Both the position numbers and the translations under genes were made by a program. Source: an uncultured Acidimicrobiia bacterium (GTDB taxonomy: Bacteria > Actinomycetota > Acidimicrobiia > Spongiisociales > UBA5794). Taken from it: DNA of 64,000 bases. The stretch covers positions 148,844 through 212,843 of the forward strand of contig CAVWXP010000007.1 of NCBI GenBank assembly GCA_963759175.1, written 5' to 3'. Positions 9,736 to 21,208 of the stretch are shown here, piece by piece. The notes below the pieces were generated by a model, which did not search any database, had not been told where the DNA came from, and worked only from the letters and a program-made list of their open reading frames with translations. Positions within the stretch are counted from its first letter, which is position 1; every line of letters begins with the position of its first letter.

Positions 9736-10674
9736 ATGGAGGGTGTCGAACGACGACTCCGCGAGGTGACGATCGCCGACACGGCCTTCCTCACGGACAT
9801 CGCACAACACCTCCTGTCGGCCGGAGGCAAGCGGTACCGACCACTCCTCGCCCAGGTTGCGGCGGAACTCGGAGCCAACGCCGGTCCCGAACCCATCGAG
9901 GCGGGCGTCTCCGTCGAGCTCGTCCACCTCGGATCGTTGTATCACGACGACGTCATCGACGAGGCAGACTCGAGACGGGGCCAGACGTCGGTGAACATGA
10001 ACTGGGACAACACCGTTGCGATCCTCGCTGGCGACTTCCTCCTCGCACGCGCCTCGGAGGTCGCTGCCCCGCTCGGCGAGGAAGCCGTGGCACTCATCGC
10101 CCGCACCTATGCCACCCTGTGTGAGGGTCAGGTCAAGGAACTCGTGTGGGCGGACGACCTCGATCACGGCCCCGACGGCTACCACGAGGTGATCGGCGGC
10201 AAGACGGCATCGTTGATCCGGACCTCGGCCCGCCTCGGGGCCATGACCGGAGGCGCCGACGACGACACCGTCGATGCGATCTCGGAGTGGGCATGGGAGA
10301 TGGGGATGGTGTTCCAGATCACGGACGACGTGCTCGACCTCATCGCAAGCGAGCAGTTCCTCGGAAAGCCAGCCGGATCCGACATCGGCGAGGGCACCTT
10401 CACGCTGCCGGTTCTCATGGCCGCCGACGGACCCGACGGCGACGAGATCCAGTCGTTGCTCGGTGGCGGCAGGCCATACGACCAGGCATCCATCCAACGG
10501 GTGATCGACATCACGGTGGCCGGCGGATACATCGACGCATCGCTCGACGAGGCGACGGAGCGGATCCGGATCGCAGAGAAGGCCGCACAGCGAATCCCGG
10601 ACAACCCGCTCACGACCGTGCTCGAGAACCTCGACCAGTACCTCCTCGACCGCGTCGAATCCGCACGCACCTGA
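9736..10674 (+). CDS. polyprenyl diphosphate synthase (trans-IPPS family, GGPP/heptaprenyl type)
   Basis: First aspartate-rich motif LYHDDVIDEAD and second ITDDVLD. The long N-terminal extension of the track ORF overlaps clpC and looks spurious. Likely start is ATG 9736 or the in-frame GTG at 9682. Confidence 0.85.
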   Translation: MEGVERRLREVTIADTAFLTDIAQHLLSAGGKRYRPLLAQVAAELGANAGPEPIEAGVSVELVHLGSLYHDDVIDEADSRRGQTSVNMNWDNTVAILAGDFLLARASEVAAPLGEEAVALIARTYATLCEGQVKELVWADDLDHGPDGYHEVIGGKTASLIRTSARLGAMTGGADDDTVDAISEWAWEMGMVFQITDDVLDLIASEQFLGKPAGSDIGEGTFTLPVLMAADGPDGDEIQSLLGGGRPYDQASIQRVIDITVAGGYIDASLDEATERIRIAEKAAQRIPDNPLTTVLENLDQYLLDRVESART

Positions 10675-10679
10675 GCACC

Positions 10680-12116
10680 ATGACCACGGCCATGTGGGCC
10701 CACCGTACGCGGATCATCCTCGTGACCGGGTGTGTGGTCGCCCTCATCGCCGCCAGCGGTTGCACGCAAGCGACATCCGACACCTCGACAACATCGTCGA
10801 CCACGACGACCACGGATGCGCCGCCGACCACGATGCCGGTGACCGGCACCGAGTTGGCGCCTCCGGTACTCCCGGATCCCGACTCGGTCGCCGATGAAGC
10901 CGTGGTCACGCTTCCCGGATATCCCGATGCCGACACGCCGGGGCTGTTCGAGTCGGACGCCCTCACCGCGATTCGCCTGTGGCTCCCCACCCAGATCGTG
11001 GCTGGCACATCGGCACGCACCGTCGAGGACGCAGAAGGGAACCAGGTCGTTGCGCTGTGGGTGAACCCGATCATGGCGTGGCGGGGCGATCCCGGCCTCG
11101 TCGGCGCATTGGCGGAGATCGAGGGGACGACTGACTCGGCAATGGTCGGCTCCGGCGTGTACCGAACCACCATCGAGGGAGGGCTGACCGTTCACCTGTG
11201 GTCGACAGGGGACGGATTCGTCGTCGCTGCCGCACTTCAAGCTCCGGCGGCCGTGGACTACCTCGAGGCGCTCGAGTCGCAAAGGACTCCGCCTGCGGTG
11301 TGGGGCGCCGACAGCTGCCTGTACCTCGAACCCTCCGCCGGATTGCCGTGGGCCCCGGTGGCGCTCGATGCCGAGGTCCCGTGCACCGGACCGCACAACG
11401 CCGAGGTCATCCTGTCCACCCGGAGCGCCGAAGGCCTCGATACCTTCGATGAGGACGACATCGACTACCGGCGGAACCACGACTGCGATGCCGCCTACGA
11501 GCGGGCCATCGGACCCCAGCGCGACCACACCCCGAGCCTCATCACCTACATGCCAGACGCCGACGAGTTCGCCAGGGGCGACCGCTATCTGGCGTGCGTC
11601 GTCCAGCTCACCACGCCCGATGGCCCCAGCCTCGTCTCGGGAAGGATCACCGAGCGCGACGACACCCTCTGGATGCCGACGGTCGGGTCATGCTTCGCAG
11701 CGAACCTGGCTCCCGAAGCCGTCCCGTGTGAGGAGGCCCACGTCTACGAGTTCATCGGTGAAGCCACGGCGGTCGGGGATACGTGGCCACAGGACGATCG
11801 AGCCACGTTTGCTGCGGCCTGTGCCCCGTTCCTCGACGGTCTCGTGCGAGGCGGCCCAGCCCTCGATGCCTTCCCGATGGGGCTGTATCCCCATGCGTTC
11901 GAGCAGGGGAACGGCCGATCCGATGCATGGCCTACGCCGTTGACGACGAGGGCGCGCACACGGTCATCGGCTCGTTCACAGGACATGGCGCATCCTCGGA
12001 ACGGACGGCATAGCGGCGTGATCGAGTCGCCGAGGCCCCAACGGCGGCCGATGTCCCCGCTCTGGGTGCCAACTCGAGGCAGCTCACACGGCTTCCATAC
12101 CGAGATGGACCGCTAG
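10680..12116 (+). CDS. lipoprotein of unknown function with a Thr/Ser-rich linker
   Basis: The ATG at 10680 sits 5 nt after the idsA stop; signal peptide plus lipobox LIAASGC; S/T-rich stretch; several Cys in the mature part. Confidence 0.6.
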   Translation: MTTAMWAHRTRIILVTGCVVALIAASGCTQATSDTSTTSSTTTTTDAPPTTMPVTGTELAPPVLPDPDSVADEAVVTLPGYPDADTPGLFESDALTAIRLWLPTQIVAGTSARTVEDAEGNQVVALWVNPIMAWRGDPGLVGALAEIEGTTDSAMVGSGVYRTTIEGGLTVHLWSTGDGFVVAAALQAPAAVDYLEALESQRTPPAVWGADSCLYLEPSAGLPWAPVALDAEVPCTGPHNAEVILSTRSAEGLDTFDEDDIDYRRNHDCDAAYERAIGPQRDHTPSLITYMPDADEFARGDRYLACVVQLTTPDGPSLVSGRITERDDTLWMPTVGSCFAANLAPEAVPCEEAHVYEFIGEATAVGDTWPQDDRATFAAACAPFLDGLVRGGPALDAFPMGLYPHAFEQGNGRSDAWPTPLTTRARTRSSARSQDMAHPRNGRHSGVIESPRPQRRPMSPLWVPTRGSSHGFHTEMDR

Positions 12117-14657
12117 TTCGTCCCTGCCGGAGATGTCGAGCTTGCGGTATACGGAACGAAGGTGGTTGTCCACGGTACGGACGGAGATGAACCGCTTCTC
12201 CGCGATCTGCGGGCTCGTCAGACCCGACGAGGCATCGAGGGCAACCTCGATCTCCCTGTCGCTCACCACGTCCGGCCTCGCCGCCAGTGCTGGTGTCCTC
12301 GGGCCCTCACACCGTGCTTCGGCGGCCTTCGATCGTGCACACGACTTCGCGGCGGCGACCTCGTTCCCAGCGTCGAGGTGCAGGCGCGTCGATTAGGCCC
12401 ACGCCTCGGCTTCCAGGATCCGTGCCTCCATGTTGGCGAACCGAACCGCGACGGCATCCAGGGCCACGGCGTCGGCGCGGAAGAGAACCGACGCGTGGTC
12501 CTGCAGGGCCACGATGTAGTGGGCCCCGCGCGAACCTTCGATCGCCGTGAGATCCGCGCTCACGATGACGGGCCGACGAACGCACGGCATCGAGCAGGCA
12601 CATCGCAGCCGAAGCGAAGTGTTCGCCGGCCACGCCATGGCGCCCGCTCTCGTGGACGAGGCGAGCAGCATCGTCCCGATTCCCTTGGGCCGCAGCGGCC
12701 CACGCCCTCCCGCGATCGACACACAGGGCAACCCTCGGACCGAACCCGGCGGTTTCGCCGAGGCCGATCACGTGTTCGTCGGCGTTCTCGTCGCCGAGCT
12801 GGCCGAGCGCCATCGCCATCAGACCCCGGGACTGGGGCTCGAGCCCGAAGGGGTCCATCTCCGCGTACAGGGCCAAGACGTAGTCACCGACGTCGAGCGC
12901 GGCTCGGAACAGGCCTCGCTCTGTGAGGGCCAGCAATTGTGCGGCGAGGAGCGTCGAAATCATCGCAGGTGAGGTCCGCGCACCTTCCATGGCAGATCTA
13001 CACGCTTCGAGCGCTCCCTCGAAACGCCCGGAGTTGATCATCGACAACACGTCCATGATCTCGATCTGGTCCCGGGCGAAAGGAAGGACCTGTCTGGCGG
13101 TCTCGGTCACTTCCTTCGCCTCATCGATGAGCGAGTCCATACCGTCGCAATCGCCGGTCATCGCGAGGGCGACCGTCAAGGTGACGAAGGCGGCAGCCTT
13201 CGGGACCTCCGAGACTCCAGGGTAGTCGAGCACCGAGCGGCTGACAGTCGTCGCGTCACCGAAGTCGCCTCGCACAGCCGAAACCATCGGCGCGTTCGTT
13301 TGCGAGTCTCGCTCTCAGATCCGAGTTCTGGACCTTGCGAGCTTCGGAAGCGAAGACCTCCCGTGCGTCGTCGACACGTCGCAACCCGAATGCGAGGTTC
13401 TGGCCCCGAATCGAGGACTATCTCGAGGATCAAGACGGGATCGCTCGTGACCAGTTGGCGAGGACGCTTCGGCCTCCTCGAAGCGCTGGCGGTAGTTCAA
13501 GGATCGCCCGAGGAGGACACCGACCCTGTCATCGGTCGGGTCCAGTCGCTCCAGGAGCTCACCGGCCAACACCGGATCATGGCGTTGGAGCGCCTCACCG
13601 GCACCGGCGAGGGCGATCTCGTCCGACACCCAATGGTCTGCGTCATGATGCCACACGGACACACGCCCAGGAACCGTCGAACTCTCCGACCGAAGGGCCA
13701 CCTCTGCGAGAGCGTAGTACGCGTTGCACGATCTGGCCTCACTCAGATGCTCCTCGAGGATCTCGCCGTAGAGCGGATGCGCTGGCACGACGTTCCGCTC
13801 CCCCGATCTGAGCGCGATGCGAGCGAAGCCCCGCTCCTCGAGCCGGCCGAGATCGTCGCCGATCGCCTCTTGGGCGAGCGCGAGCGGCAGGGGTGCGCCG
13901 AGCGCGACGATCTCCATGGCGCTCCGCAGAGGGTCCGGCAGGGCCCGCATCCGGGACATGACCAGGTCAGACAACCGCGGCGATCGGGCAATCGAACCGG
14001 CTTCCGCCCACACACCCTCATCGTTGCGTCGGATGGTCGACCCGACGGCACCCTCGAGGAGCTCGTGGAGGACCAGCGGGTTGCCTCGCGAGAGCCGCCA
14101 CAGCTCATCCCTGAGCTCGTGAGACACGGGCCCGAGTGTGGCGTTCACGAGGTGCGTCGTGTCGTCCTCGTCCAGGACCGAGACGTCGATGCGCCTGATG
14201 ATCCCGTTGGTCCACAGGTCGACGAGGTCCAGCTCCATCGGCTCGGGGGTACGGGCCGTGATGGCGATCGTTGCATGACCGACGAGGCGATCGAGATCAG
14301 GAACGACAACGACGTCACATCGAGGTGGTGGGCGTCGTACACGGCGACGAGGAGACCACCTGATCGCGCCCGGTTCGCCAACTCCTGGCGAGCGGCCGCG
14401 AGCATCGCAAGATCGTCGGGATTCGGGCCATCGGGCAACAACTCGAAGAAAGGAGAGAAGGGGATAGGGTGAGTGGATGCAGATGCGACAGCAGAAACCA
14501 CCGCAATGCCGTTGTCGGACGCACGGTCGACGAGTTCGTGGAGCAACCGGCTCTTCCCGACGCCTGCGACACCGAGGATCGACACGCCCGTGCAGTCGCC
14601 GACCATCCCGAGCATCCGATCCACAACGGCACTGCGTAAGATGAGCGGCCACTTCAC
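12084..14657 (-). pseudogene. LAL-family (large ATP-binding LuxR) transcriptional regulator disrupted by frameshifts and in-frame stops
   Basis: N-terminal P-loop GVAGVGKSRLL and Walker B LLVAVYDAHHLD sit in one frame, the TPR-like middle in another, and the C-terminal LuxR HTH (LTSPQIAEKRFISVRTVDNHLRSVYRKL) in a third. There are in-frame TGA at 13315-13317 and TAA at 12393-12395, and frame changes near 14295 and near 12570. Confidence 0.55.
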
Positions 14658-14699
14658 ACCATTGAATCTAGACGAACGGTGCAGGCCGCCGAGAGCCGC

Positions 14700-14731
14700 A
14701 ATGAGTAGGTGCAGACCACACAATGAGTAGA
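14700..14731. promoter_or_regulatory. direct repeat CAATGAGTAG x2 (about 22 bp apart) in the divergent promoter region between the LAL pseudogene and the lipoprotein gene
   Basis: Two exact 10-mers about two helical turns apart, upstream of a GGAGGAAGAGA Shine-Dalgarno and the ATG at 14811. Confidence 0.3.
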
Positions 14732-14810
14732 AGCGACTACGTGGCGTGTGCGTAGCTTTGCAGAGAGGGACCGGAACGTGTCCTGATCTCGAGAGCGCTG
14801 GAGGAAGAGA

Positions 14811-15413
14811 ATGAGACTGAGACTGATCGGCCTTCTGGGCCTGCTTGCCCTCGTGGTGGCGAGCTGCGGAGCCACACCACCCCAAGCATCAGGACAGAAC
14901 GAGGGCATCCAGGTCCACGGTGACTGGACGATCGACATCTACAACGTCGATGGCTCCCACGATGAACACATCGCATTCAGCAACGACCTCTATCCGTCGG
15001 GAGCGACCGCACTGCGCGACATACTCGCACGATCACTGGTACCGGTGAACTGGGCAGTTTGGGCCAGAGGGGAACAGACATCCGGGAACACTAGTCTTGA
15101 AGGTACGAACCAGACAGTTTGCGTGATGGAAGAAGCGACGGGCGATCTCCAGGTCAGTACCGACGGGGCAAGCCTGGTCCTGGACGGTGCGTTCACGGCC
15201 GAACGAGATGGCAACGTCGGGTTCGTCAGCACCCACCTGGGCACATGCCCGCCGGACTCGTGTGAGTTCCCGAACCCCCTGTACTTCACCGGAACGCCGG
15301 TTGCCAACGAAGACGGTGTGTCGGTCAATGTCGACGAGGGTCAGACCGTACAGGTCCACGTCGAGATTAGTTCACTAGAGGCTAAGGAGACGGACCAAGG
15401 AACACACCGATGA
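14811..15413 (+). CDS. lipoprotein, function unknown
   Basis: Signal peptide plus lipobox LVVASCG; strong SD; 200 aa with Cys pairs in the mature region. Confidence 0.6.
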   Translation: MRLRLIGLLGLLALVVASCGATPPQASGQNEGIQVHGDWTIDIYNVDGSHDEHIAFSNDLYPSGATALRDILARSLVPVNWAVWARGEQTSGNTSLEGTNQTVCVMEEATGDLQVSTDGASLVLDGAFTAERDGNVGFVSTHLGTCPPDSCEFPNPLYFTGTPVANEDGVSVNVDEGQTVQVHVEISSLEAKETDQGTHR

Positions 15414-15673
15414 AACGACTCGACGCCGTGTGCCTAGCTGTGCTCCTCGTAGACTGCTCGGGCGTAGACGGTGATCGTAAGTCGACCTCCACGACGACGA
15501 CCACCGTCGAGGTGCCAACCACGACCGTCCTGAGCCCGGTATCGACGCCGGTATCGACGACACTCGCAGCCAGCACGAAGACTCTGGTAGACGACACCGC
15601 CGATGAATCAGGTGAATCGATCGGTATCACCGACAGGGTGACGATCGTCGTCACGGATCCGGGGAACGGATGA
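15410..15673 (+). CDS. small Thr-rich putative lipoprotein
   Basis: ATGA overlap with the upstream gene; LLVDCSG lipobox-like motif; poly-Thr linker; overlaps the start of the adhesin gene by 4 nt. Confidence 0.4.
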   Translation: MKRLDAVCLAVLLVDCSGVDGDRKSTSTTTTTVEVPTTTVLSPVSTPVSTTLAASTKTLVDDTADESGESIGITDRVTIVVTDPGNG

Positions 15674-18600
15674 GGGCGCCCACCCGACTCATCCTGCTGC
15701 TCGCCCTGACGCTCGTGTTCTCGACGCTGCCGTCGCATCGGGCGCTCGCCGACGTGGACTTCGTCTTCATCTCGTCGACGTACACTGGCGGCGGGGACGG
15801 AACGTCGTGGGAGGATGCAGCCAACTGGACGAGCGGCGTCCCGGACTCGTACCGCGACACCTCGACGGCTCCCGACACCGTGTACATGTACTCAGCGACC
15901 ATTCCAGCCGGCTTAGACGTCGTCGCTGCCGACGCTGACGCGCTACATCCTCGACGCCTTCATCATCGCGTAAGGGGCAACGCTCACCGCGGACAACGGC
16001 ACCCGGTTCGCAGCGATGGGTTCGCTGGAGCTGGCTTCGCTCATCGACGGCGCAACGGAAGGCAGCCTGACCATTGCCGGAGATGTCGTGTTGGTGGACC
16101 GCAATGATCTCGAGAGCCAGAACGTCACAATCGACGGCACCCTGACGATGCAGCGTCAGGCCGAACTCGATGTGAGCGGCGAAGGTGTCAGGACCCTCGC
16201 GGGGACCGGGGAGGTCATCTTCGACCACGAGAGACCCAATAGGAGTCCTCGGGTGATCTTCGGCAACCTGTACACCGGTGCAGGCGTCGTCGCAGCAGGA
16301 ATCACGATCCGCGGCGGCACCGGTGCTCTCACCATGCCGAGCGGATCGTCGAGCTCGGTCAACACCGGGGTCCTCTACGGACCGATGGTCGCCGATCGAC
16401 CCGGCGAAACCATCACGATCGGCCTGTCGTCTGGCGTCCAGACATTCGAGATCAACAACACCATCACTGCAGACGGAGGCGCAGTGGTGATACAGGCAGA
16501 CAACGTCACGAACAACTAGACACTCAGTGCGGTCAACGGAGGAACGATCGAGTTCGACGACGACGTATCACAGAATCCCGAACCCGGCCGTAGTCAACAC
16601 CGGGACGATCACCGCGGAGCAGGCAACCATCATCCTAGATGGCAAGTGGGTGAAAAAAGGAACAGTCAGCGCAAACAACAGCAACATCGGGCTCGAGGGC
16701 GAGTTCACGACGGCTGCGTTCGAATCGCTGAACCGCTCCAACAGCCCCGTATGCATCGACGGCATCATGGAGAAGACAGGCGATGTGCATCTCGAGGACC
16801 AGAAGGACGGCCGGGTGCTCCTGCGAGACGGCACGATCGTGAGCGGTGTCATCGATGCGACGAACGGAACGCTTCTGGCCGCACGCCAGAGCGGCGCCAT
16901 GGTCCCGGTTGTCGCCGCCCGTGAGATGTCGTCGGCACTCACGGGATCGTCAGCGTTCTGTTCCGGCTCGATCAGCTCGACTTCACCTCCGCCGTGATGG
17001 AAGCCGATATCGTCGGGCCCCGCCAACGGTGATGTCCCCGTAGCCATCCTGTGCCCGCCGGTGGCACAGGCTCGTGCGGGGCGTCACCCGACAACTCACC
17101 CGGAGGCGCGGGCAGCGGCTTGTCGACGGCCTCGAGTATTGCCTCCGCCGCTTGGTCCAACGCGGTGCCCGGACACCGGAGGCGAACGAGGCACGATCAA
17201 CGGCAAGCATTCGGCGGAGCTCGAGCACTCGGCCACCGCATCCGGAGCGCAGAGACCGTGTTCACCAACGAGAGGCTACTCACCATCGGCGCTGGTACCG
17301 AGATCGAGCATTACGACGCGAACACGAACAGCCGGCTGGTGCGATTCGTCAACGTGGTGGACCTTGTCGTCGACGGAACCATGGCGACACTCGGGAACCG
17401 TCGCACGGTCGAGAACCGCGGCACCCTGTCGGGTTCCGGGGTGATCGAGACGTCGGTCGAGAACTCGGCCAGGATCGAACAGGGAACGAGCTCGGGATCC
17501 CTCACGATAGAGGATGACCTGGTGTTGCTACAAGGCTCGAACCTGACATTCGAGATCGACGGGCTCACACGGAAACGCTCAAAGACGAGATCATCGTCGG
17601 TGGCACAACACAGCTAGACAGCGACATCACCATCGACGTCGCATCGACCTTCGACTCCAGCGACGGCGACATTGTGACGGTGATCCGGACGGGCAGTGTC
17701 ACCGGCACGTTCGACGCCGTGGACTCGACGATCACCTCCAAGGGCAAGGTGTTAGAGGTGGTCTACCGCTCGGACGGCGTCGACCTCGTGGCGAGCGACG
17801 CGCCCGTGCCAGTGGTGTCGATCGCGGTAGCGGAGACGATCGCAGTCGCGGACGTTGACGGTGTCGAACAGCCGCTGGTCATCTCGGTGTACGAGGTCGT
17901 TGGTGTGAGGGACGCTGTAGCAGCCATACCGCCAATCGTGATCTCGAGCACGGAATCGATCTGAGTGTCGGACGCAGCTGCCTGGAGCCTCCCGTATCCA
18001 TCACGGTCGTGGAAGTCGTGTCGGTTTCGGATGATCCGACGATCACACCTCCCGTAGTGATCGTGATCACCGAGACGATCGCCACCGCCGACACCGTCAC
18101 CGCCGATCCCGAACCCATGGCTTCGGTGTCGGAGTGAAGTGGCTGGAAGTAGACGATGACGAACAGATGGATGAAGGAGAGACACCCCTAGAGGGAGACA
18201 CGGTGTACATCGACCTCGACGACGACGGAATCTCTGACCACGGCGAACTATAGACCCACACCGTCGCCGACGGTTCATAAGCCTTCACTAACCTCCCAAC
18301 CGGCTTCCTGGTGATCCGTGAGATCGTACCCACCGGGTACACGCACACCTTCCCCACAGATGCTGGCGACCACCGAGTGGACGTTGAATCCGGAGCAGCG
18401 GTCAGTGACCTCGACTTCGGCAAACAGCCGGTTCCGAACCTCCCACCGGTGATCCAACCGATCGAGGACCTGGTTCTCGATGTCGGCGAGTCCGTAGAGA
18501 TCCCCGTGATCGTCTGCGACCTTGAAGGCGACCTGTTCACCAAGAGCCTCGACGGACTAACACAGAGTGCCGTCATCAACGGTGTCATCCACTTCACGCC

Positions 18601-19557
18601 GCTGCCACAGGAGGCGGGAATGGTGTACACTGTGACTGTCACCGCCGTCAGGACGTCAACCCGAGCAACGTCGCAGTGGAGACGTTCACAATCACCGTCA
18701 ACGAGCTCGACCTGCCGCCGGCCATCGCACCGATCGACGACGTGTTCGGTGGTGGGTCAGGAGATCGACGTCACGCCAACGATCGTCGACCGGATGGGGA
18801 TTCCTACTCGCTCACATGGGACGGCGGACCACCGAACGCTGTCATCAACGGCATCTACATCCTCACCCCGACGGCGGACCACGGTGACTCGCTCTTCACC
18901 ATCACGCTGACGGCTACCCAGGACGACGATCCGACTCTGGCCACGTCCGTGGAGTTCCGGATCTACGTCGCAGCGCTGCCTGCCGTTCAGAAGGACGAGC
19001 CGCAGGTCAACCCGACCGTGGCACCATCGGGCGGTCAGATCCTGGTCTCTGGTGGAGGGTTCTTGCCCGGCTCACACGTCGGCATCTACCTCTTCAGTGA
19101 ACCGGCCCTCGTCGGAACCTCGGAGGCCGGCGACGACGGCACGTTCAGCCAGTCCGTCGGCTTGCCCGAAGGCACATCGGTGGGGCCGCACAGCATCGTG
19201 GTTCTCGGCGTCGCACCGAATGGCGAGCTACGCACGATGGTCGGCGAAATCAAGATCGTCGATTCCGACGTTCCCGACGGTGACGGCGACGGACTGAGCG
19301 ACGGCGAAGAAACGCTCACAGGGACGAATCCATCGAACCCGGACAGCGACGGTGATGGACTCATCGAGGGGATCGACGCCGGGTGGCTCCAGGATGCCTT
19401 GGCAACGACCCCGCTCGACGCGTTCCGCCCTGGCATCACGAAGTTCATCACGCGTCTCCGGCTGGGGATCTCCGAGATCGCGGTTCGACTCGGCCAACGC
19501 TCCGCTGCCCGTGACACGGTGGACTTGCTCACCACTCGGGTCGATGGAGGTGGATAG
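15670..19557 (+). pseudogene. large cell-surface adhesin-like protein (signal peptide, parallel beta-helix repeats, SdrD B-like, He_PIG, IPT/TIG, TSP3-like Ca-binding repeats) carrying at least 8 frameshifts and at least 4 in-frame stops
   Basis: Signal peptide MRAPTRLILLLALTLVFS. Beta-helix repeat motifs (GTLTMQ..., SGSLTIEDDLVLLQGSNLTFEIDG, TGTFDAVDSTITSKGKVLEVVYRSDGVDLV) fall in five different frames. In-frame TAA 15971, TAG 16517, TAG 18251 and TAA 18278; the last two sit where Tyr is conserved in the SdrD-B motif (DGSYxFTNL). A single-nt loss gives gtc gac cgg atg where gtc gac CCG gat is expected in a He_PIG domain. Confidence 0.65.
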
Positions 19558-19696
19558 GCTCGGGATCGCAACGACTGGATCCGCGATTGTGCATGCGCAA
19601 ATCCACATCCATGAGCTCCTGGAGATCTACCGACGGATCCTAGAGGTCATGGACTTCCAGTGCGCCGTCGGCCGACGGTGGCAGGGACTGCGGCCT

Positions 19697-21208
19697 CTAC
19701 TCCGGGCGCATCGTCGGGAAGAGGATCACTTCCCTGATGTGGTGCTTGTCCGTCAGAAGCATGACCAGTCGGTCGACGCCGATGCCGAGGCCGCCGGTGG
19801 GTGGCAGGCCGTACTCGAGGGCGAGGATGTAGTCGTCGTCGATCGGGTGGGCTTCGTCGTCGCCTGCGGCCTTCAGTTCCGCCTGGGACTCGAATCGTTC
19901 CCGCTGCTCGAAGGGGTCATTGAGCTCGGAGAAGGCATTGGCGTACTCATGTCCAGCGATGAACAGCTCGAAACGCTCGGTCACGTGTGGCTTGCTCCGG
20001 TGTGCACGCGACAGCGGTGAGATCTCGATGGGATGCTCGGTGACGAACGTCGGCTCCCACAGGGTCGCCTCGACGAGCTCATCGAAGAGCGCCTCCACCA
20101 GCTTGCCGGTCCCCCACCGGGACTCCGGTTCGATGCCGTGACGAACCGCGAGGTCGACCACGTCCTCCCGAGGCCAGTCGTAGTCGACATCGGCACCCGT
20201 CGCTTCGCGCACGAGATCGAGCATCGTGACCCTGCGATACGGGCCACCGAGTGACAGTGGACGCCCCTGGTACGCGATGTCGGTGCTGCCGACCGCGGCC
20301 ACGGCACAAGCGCCGAACACCTCCTCGACCATCACCATGATGTCGTCGAAGTCCGCAAACGCCTCGTAGCTCTCGAGCATCGTGAACTCCGGGTTGTGCA
20401 GCGAATCGACGCCCTCGTTGCGAAAGATCCTGCCGATCTCGTAGACGCGTTCGAGGCCGCCCACGACGAGACGCTTCAGGAAGAGCTCGGTGGCGATGCG
20501 CAGGTACATGTCGACATCGAGCGCGTTGTGGTGGGTCCCGAACGGCCGCGCCGTGGCCCCGGTCGCCTCGGACAGGAGGACGGGTGTCTCGACCTCCAGG
20601 TAGCCCCGGGCGTCGAACTGGTGACGCAGCTCGGACACGATCCGTGACCGTGCGATCGCCGTCGATCGCGAGTCCTCGTTCGCCATGAGATCGATGTACC
20701 GGTGCCTGCTCCGTGCCTCGACGTCCTTGAGACCGTGCCACTTGTCCGGCATGGGCCGCAGGCTCTTCTGGAGCAGCGCGAACGAGTCGATGCGCACGGA
20801 CAACTCGCCACGCTTGGAGGTGATCACCTCGCCTGAGGCACCGATCCAGTCCCCGGAATCGAGGTCGAGGAAGGCTTCGAACCCCTCGTCGCCGAGGACG
20901 CGCTTGTCGACGAACAGCTGGATCGTCCCCGAGACGTCGGCGAGGACACCGAAGGCGAGCTTGCCCATCTCGCGGGTGTTCATCAGACGACCGGCCACGG
21001 TCGCGTGCTCTCCGCTTTCGGCGCCCGGTTCCAGGTCCCCGAATCGCTCGTGGAGTTCTGAAGCCGTGGCGTCGCGTTCGAAGGAGTACGGAAACCCCCC
21101 GTCCTCCATGACCTGGCGATACTTGGCGAGTCGCGCGGCCGTGAGCGGATGGGACTCGAGCGCCGAGGTGTCATCCAGTTCGGGCGTGGCGTCCGGCGCG
21201 TCGGTCAT
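19697..21208 (-). CDS. lysS: lysine--tRNA ligase, class II
   Basis: 503 aa; OB-fold N-terminal domain; class II motifs (FRNEG, GGLGIGVDRLVML); stop codon TAG. Confidence 0.95.
   Translation of the reverse strand: MTDAPDATPELDDTSALESHPLTAARLAKYRQVMEDGGFPYSFERDATASELHERFGDLEPGAESGEHATVAGRLMNTREMGKLAFGVLADVSGTIQLFVDKRVLGDEGFEAFLDLDSGDWIGASGEVITSKRGELSVRIDSFALLQKSLRPMPDKWHGLKDVEARSRHRYIDLMANEDSRSTAIARSRIVSELRHQFDARGYLEVETPVLLSEATGATARPFGTHHNALDVDMYLRIATELFLKRLVVGGLERVYEIGRIFRNEGVDSLHNPEFTMLESYEAFADFDDIMVMVEEVFGACAVAAVGSTDIAYQGRPLSLGGPYRRVTMLDLVREATGADVDYDWPREDVVDLAVRHGIEPESRWGTGKLVEALFDELVEATLWEPTFVTEHPIEISPLSRAHRSKPHVTERFELFIAGHEYANAFSELNDPFEQRERFESQAELKAAGDDEAHPIDDDYILALEYGLPPTGGLGIGVDRLVMLLTDKHHIREVILFPTMRPE

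Noticed and set aside
12084-19557. The idea that TAG or TGA is a sense codon (an alternative genetic code) that would explain the in-frame stops.
   Set aside because: Intact genes in the window terminate with TAG (lysS), TGA (clpC, ftsH, tilS) and TAA under the standard code. The in-frame stops are therefore genuine nonsense mutations.
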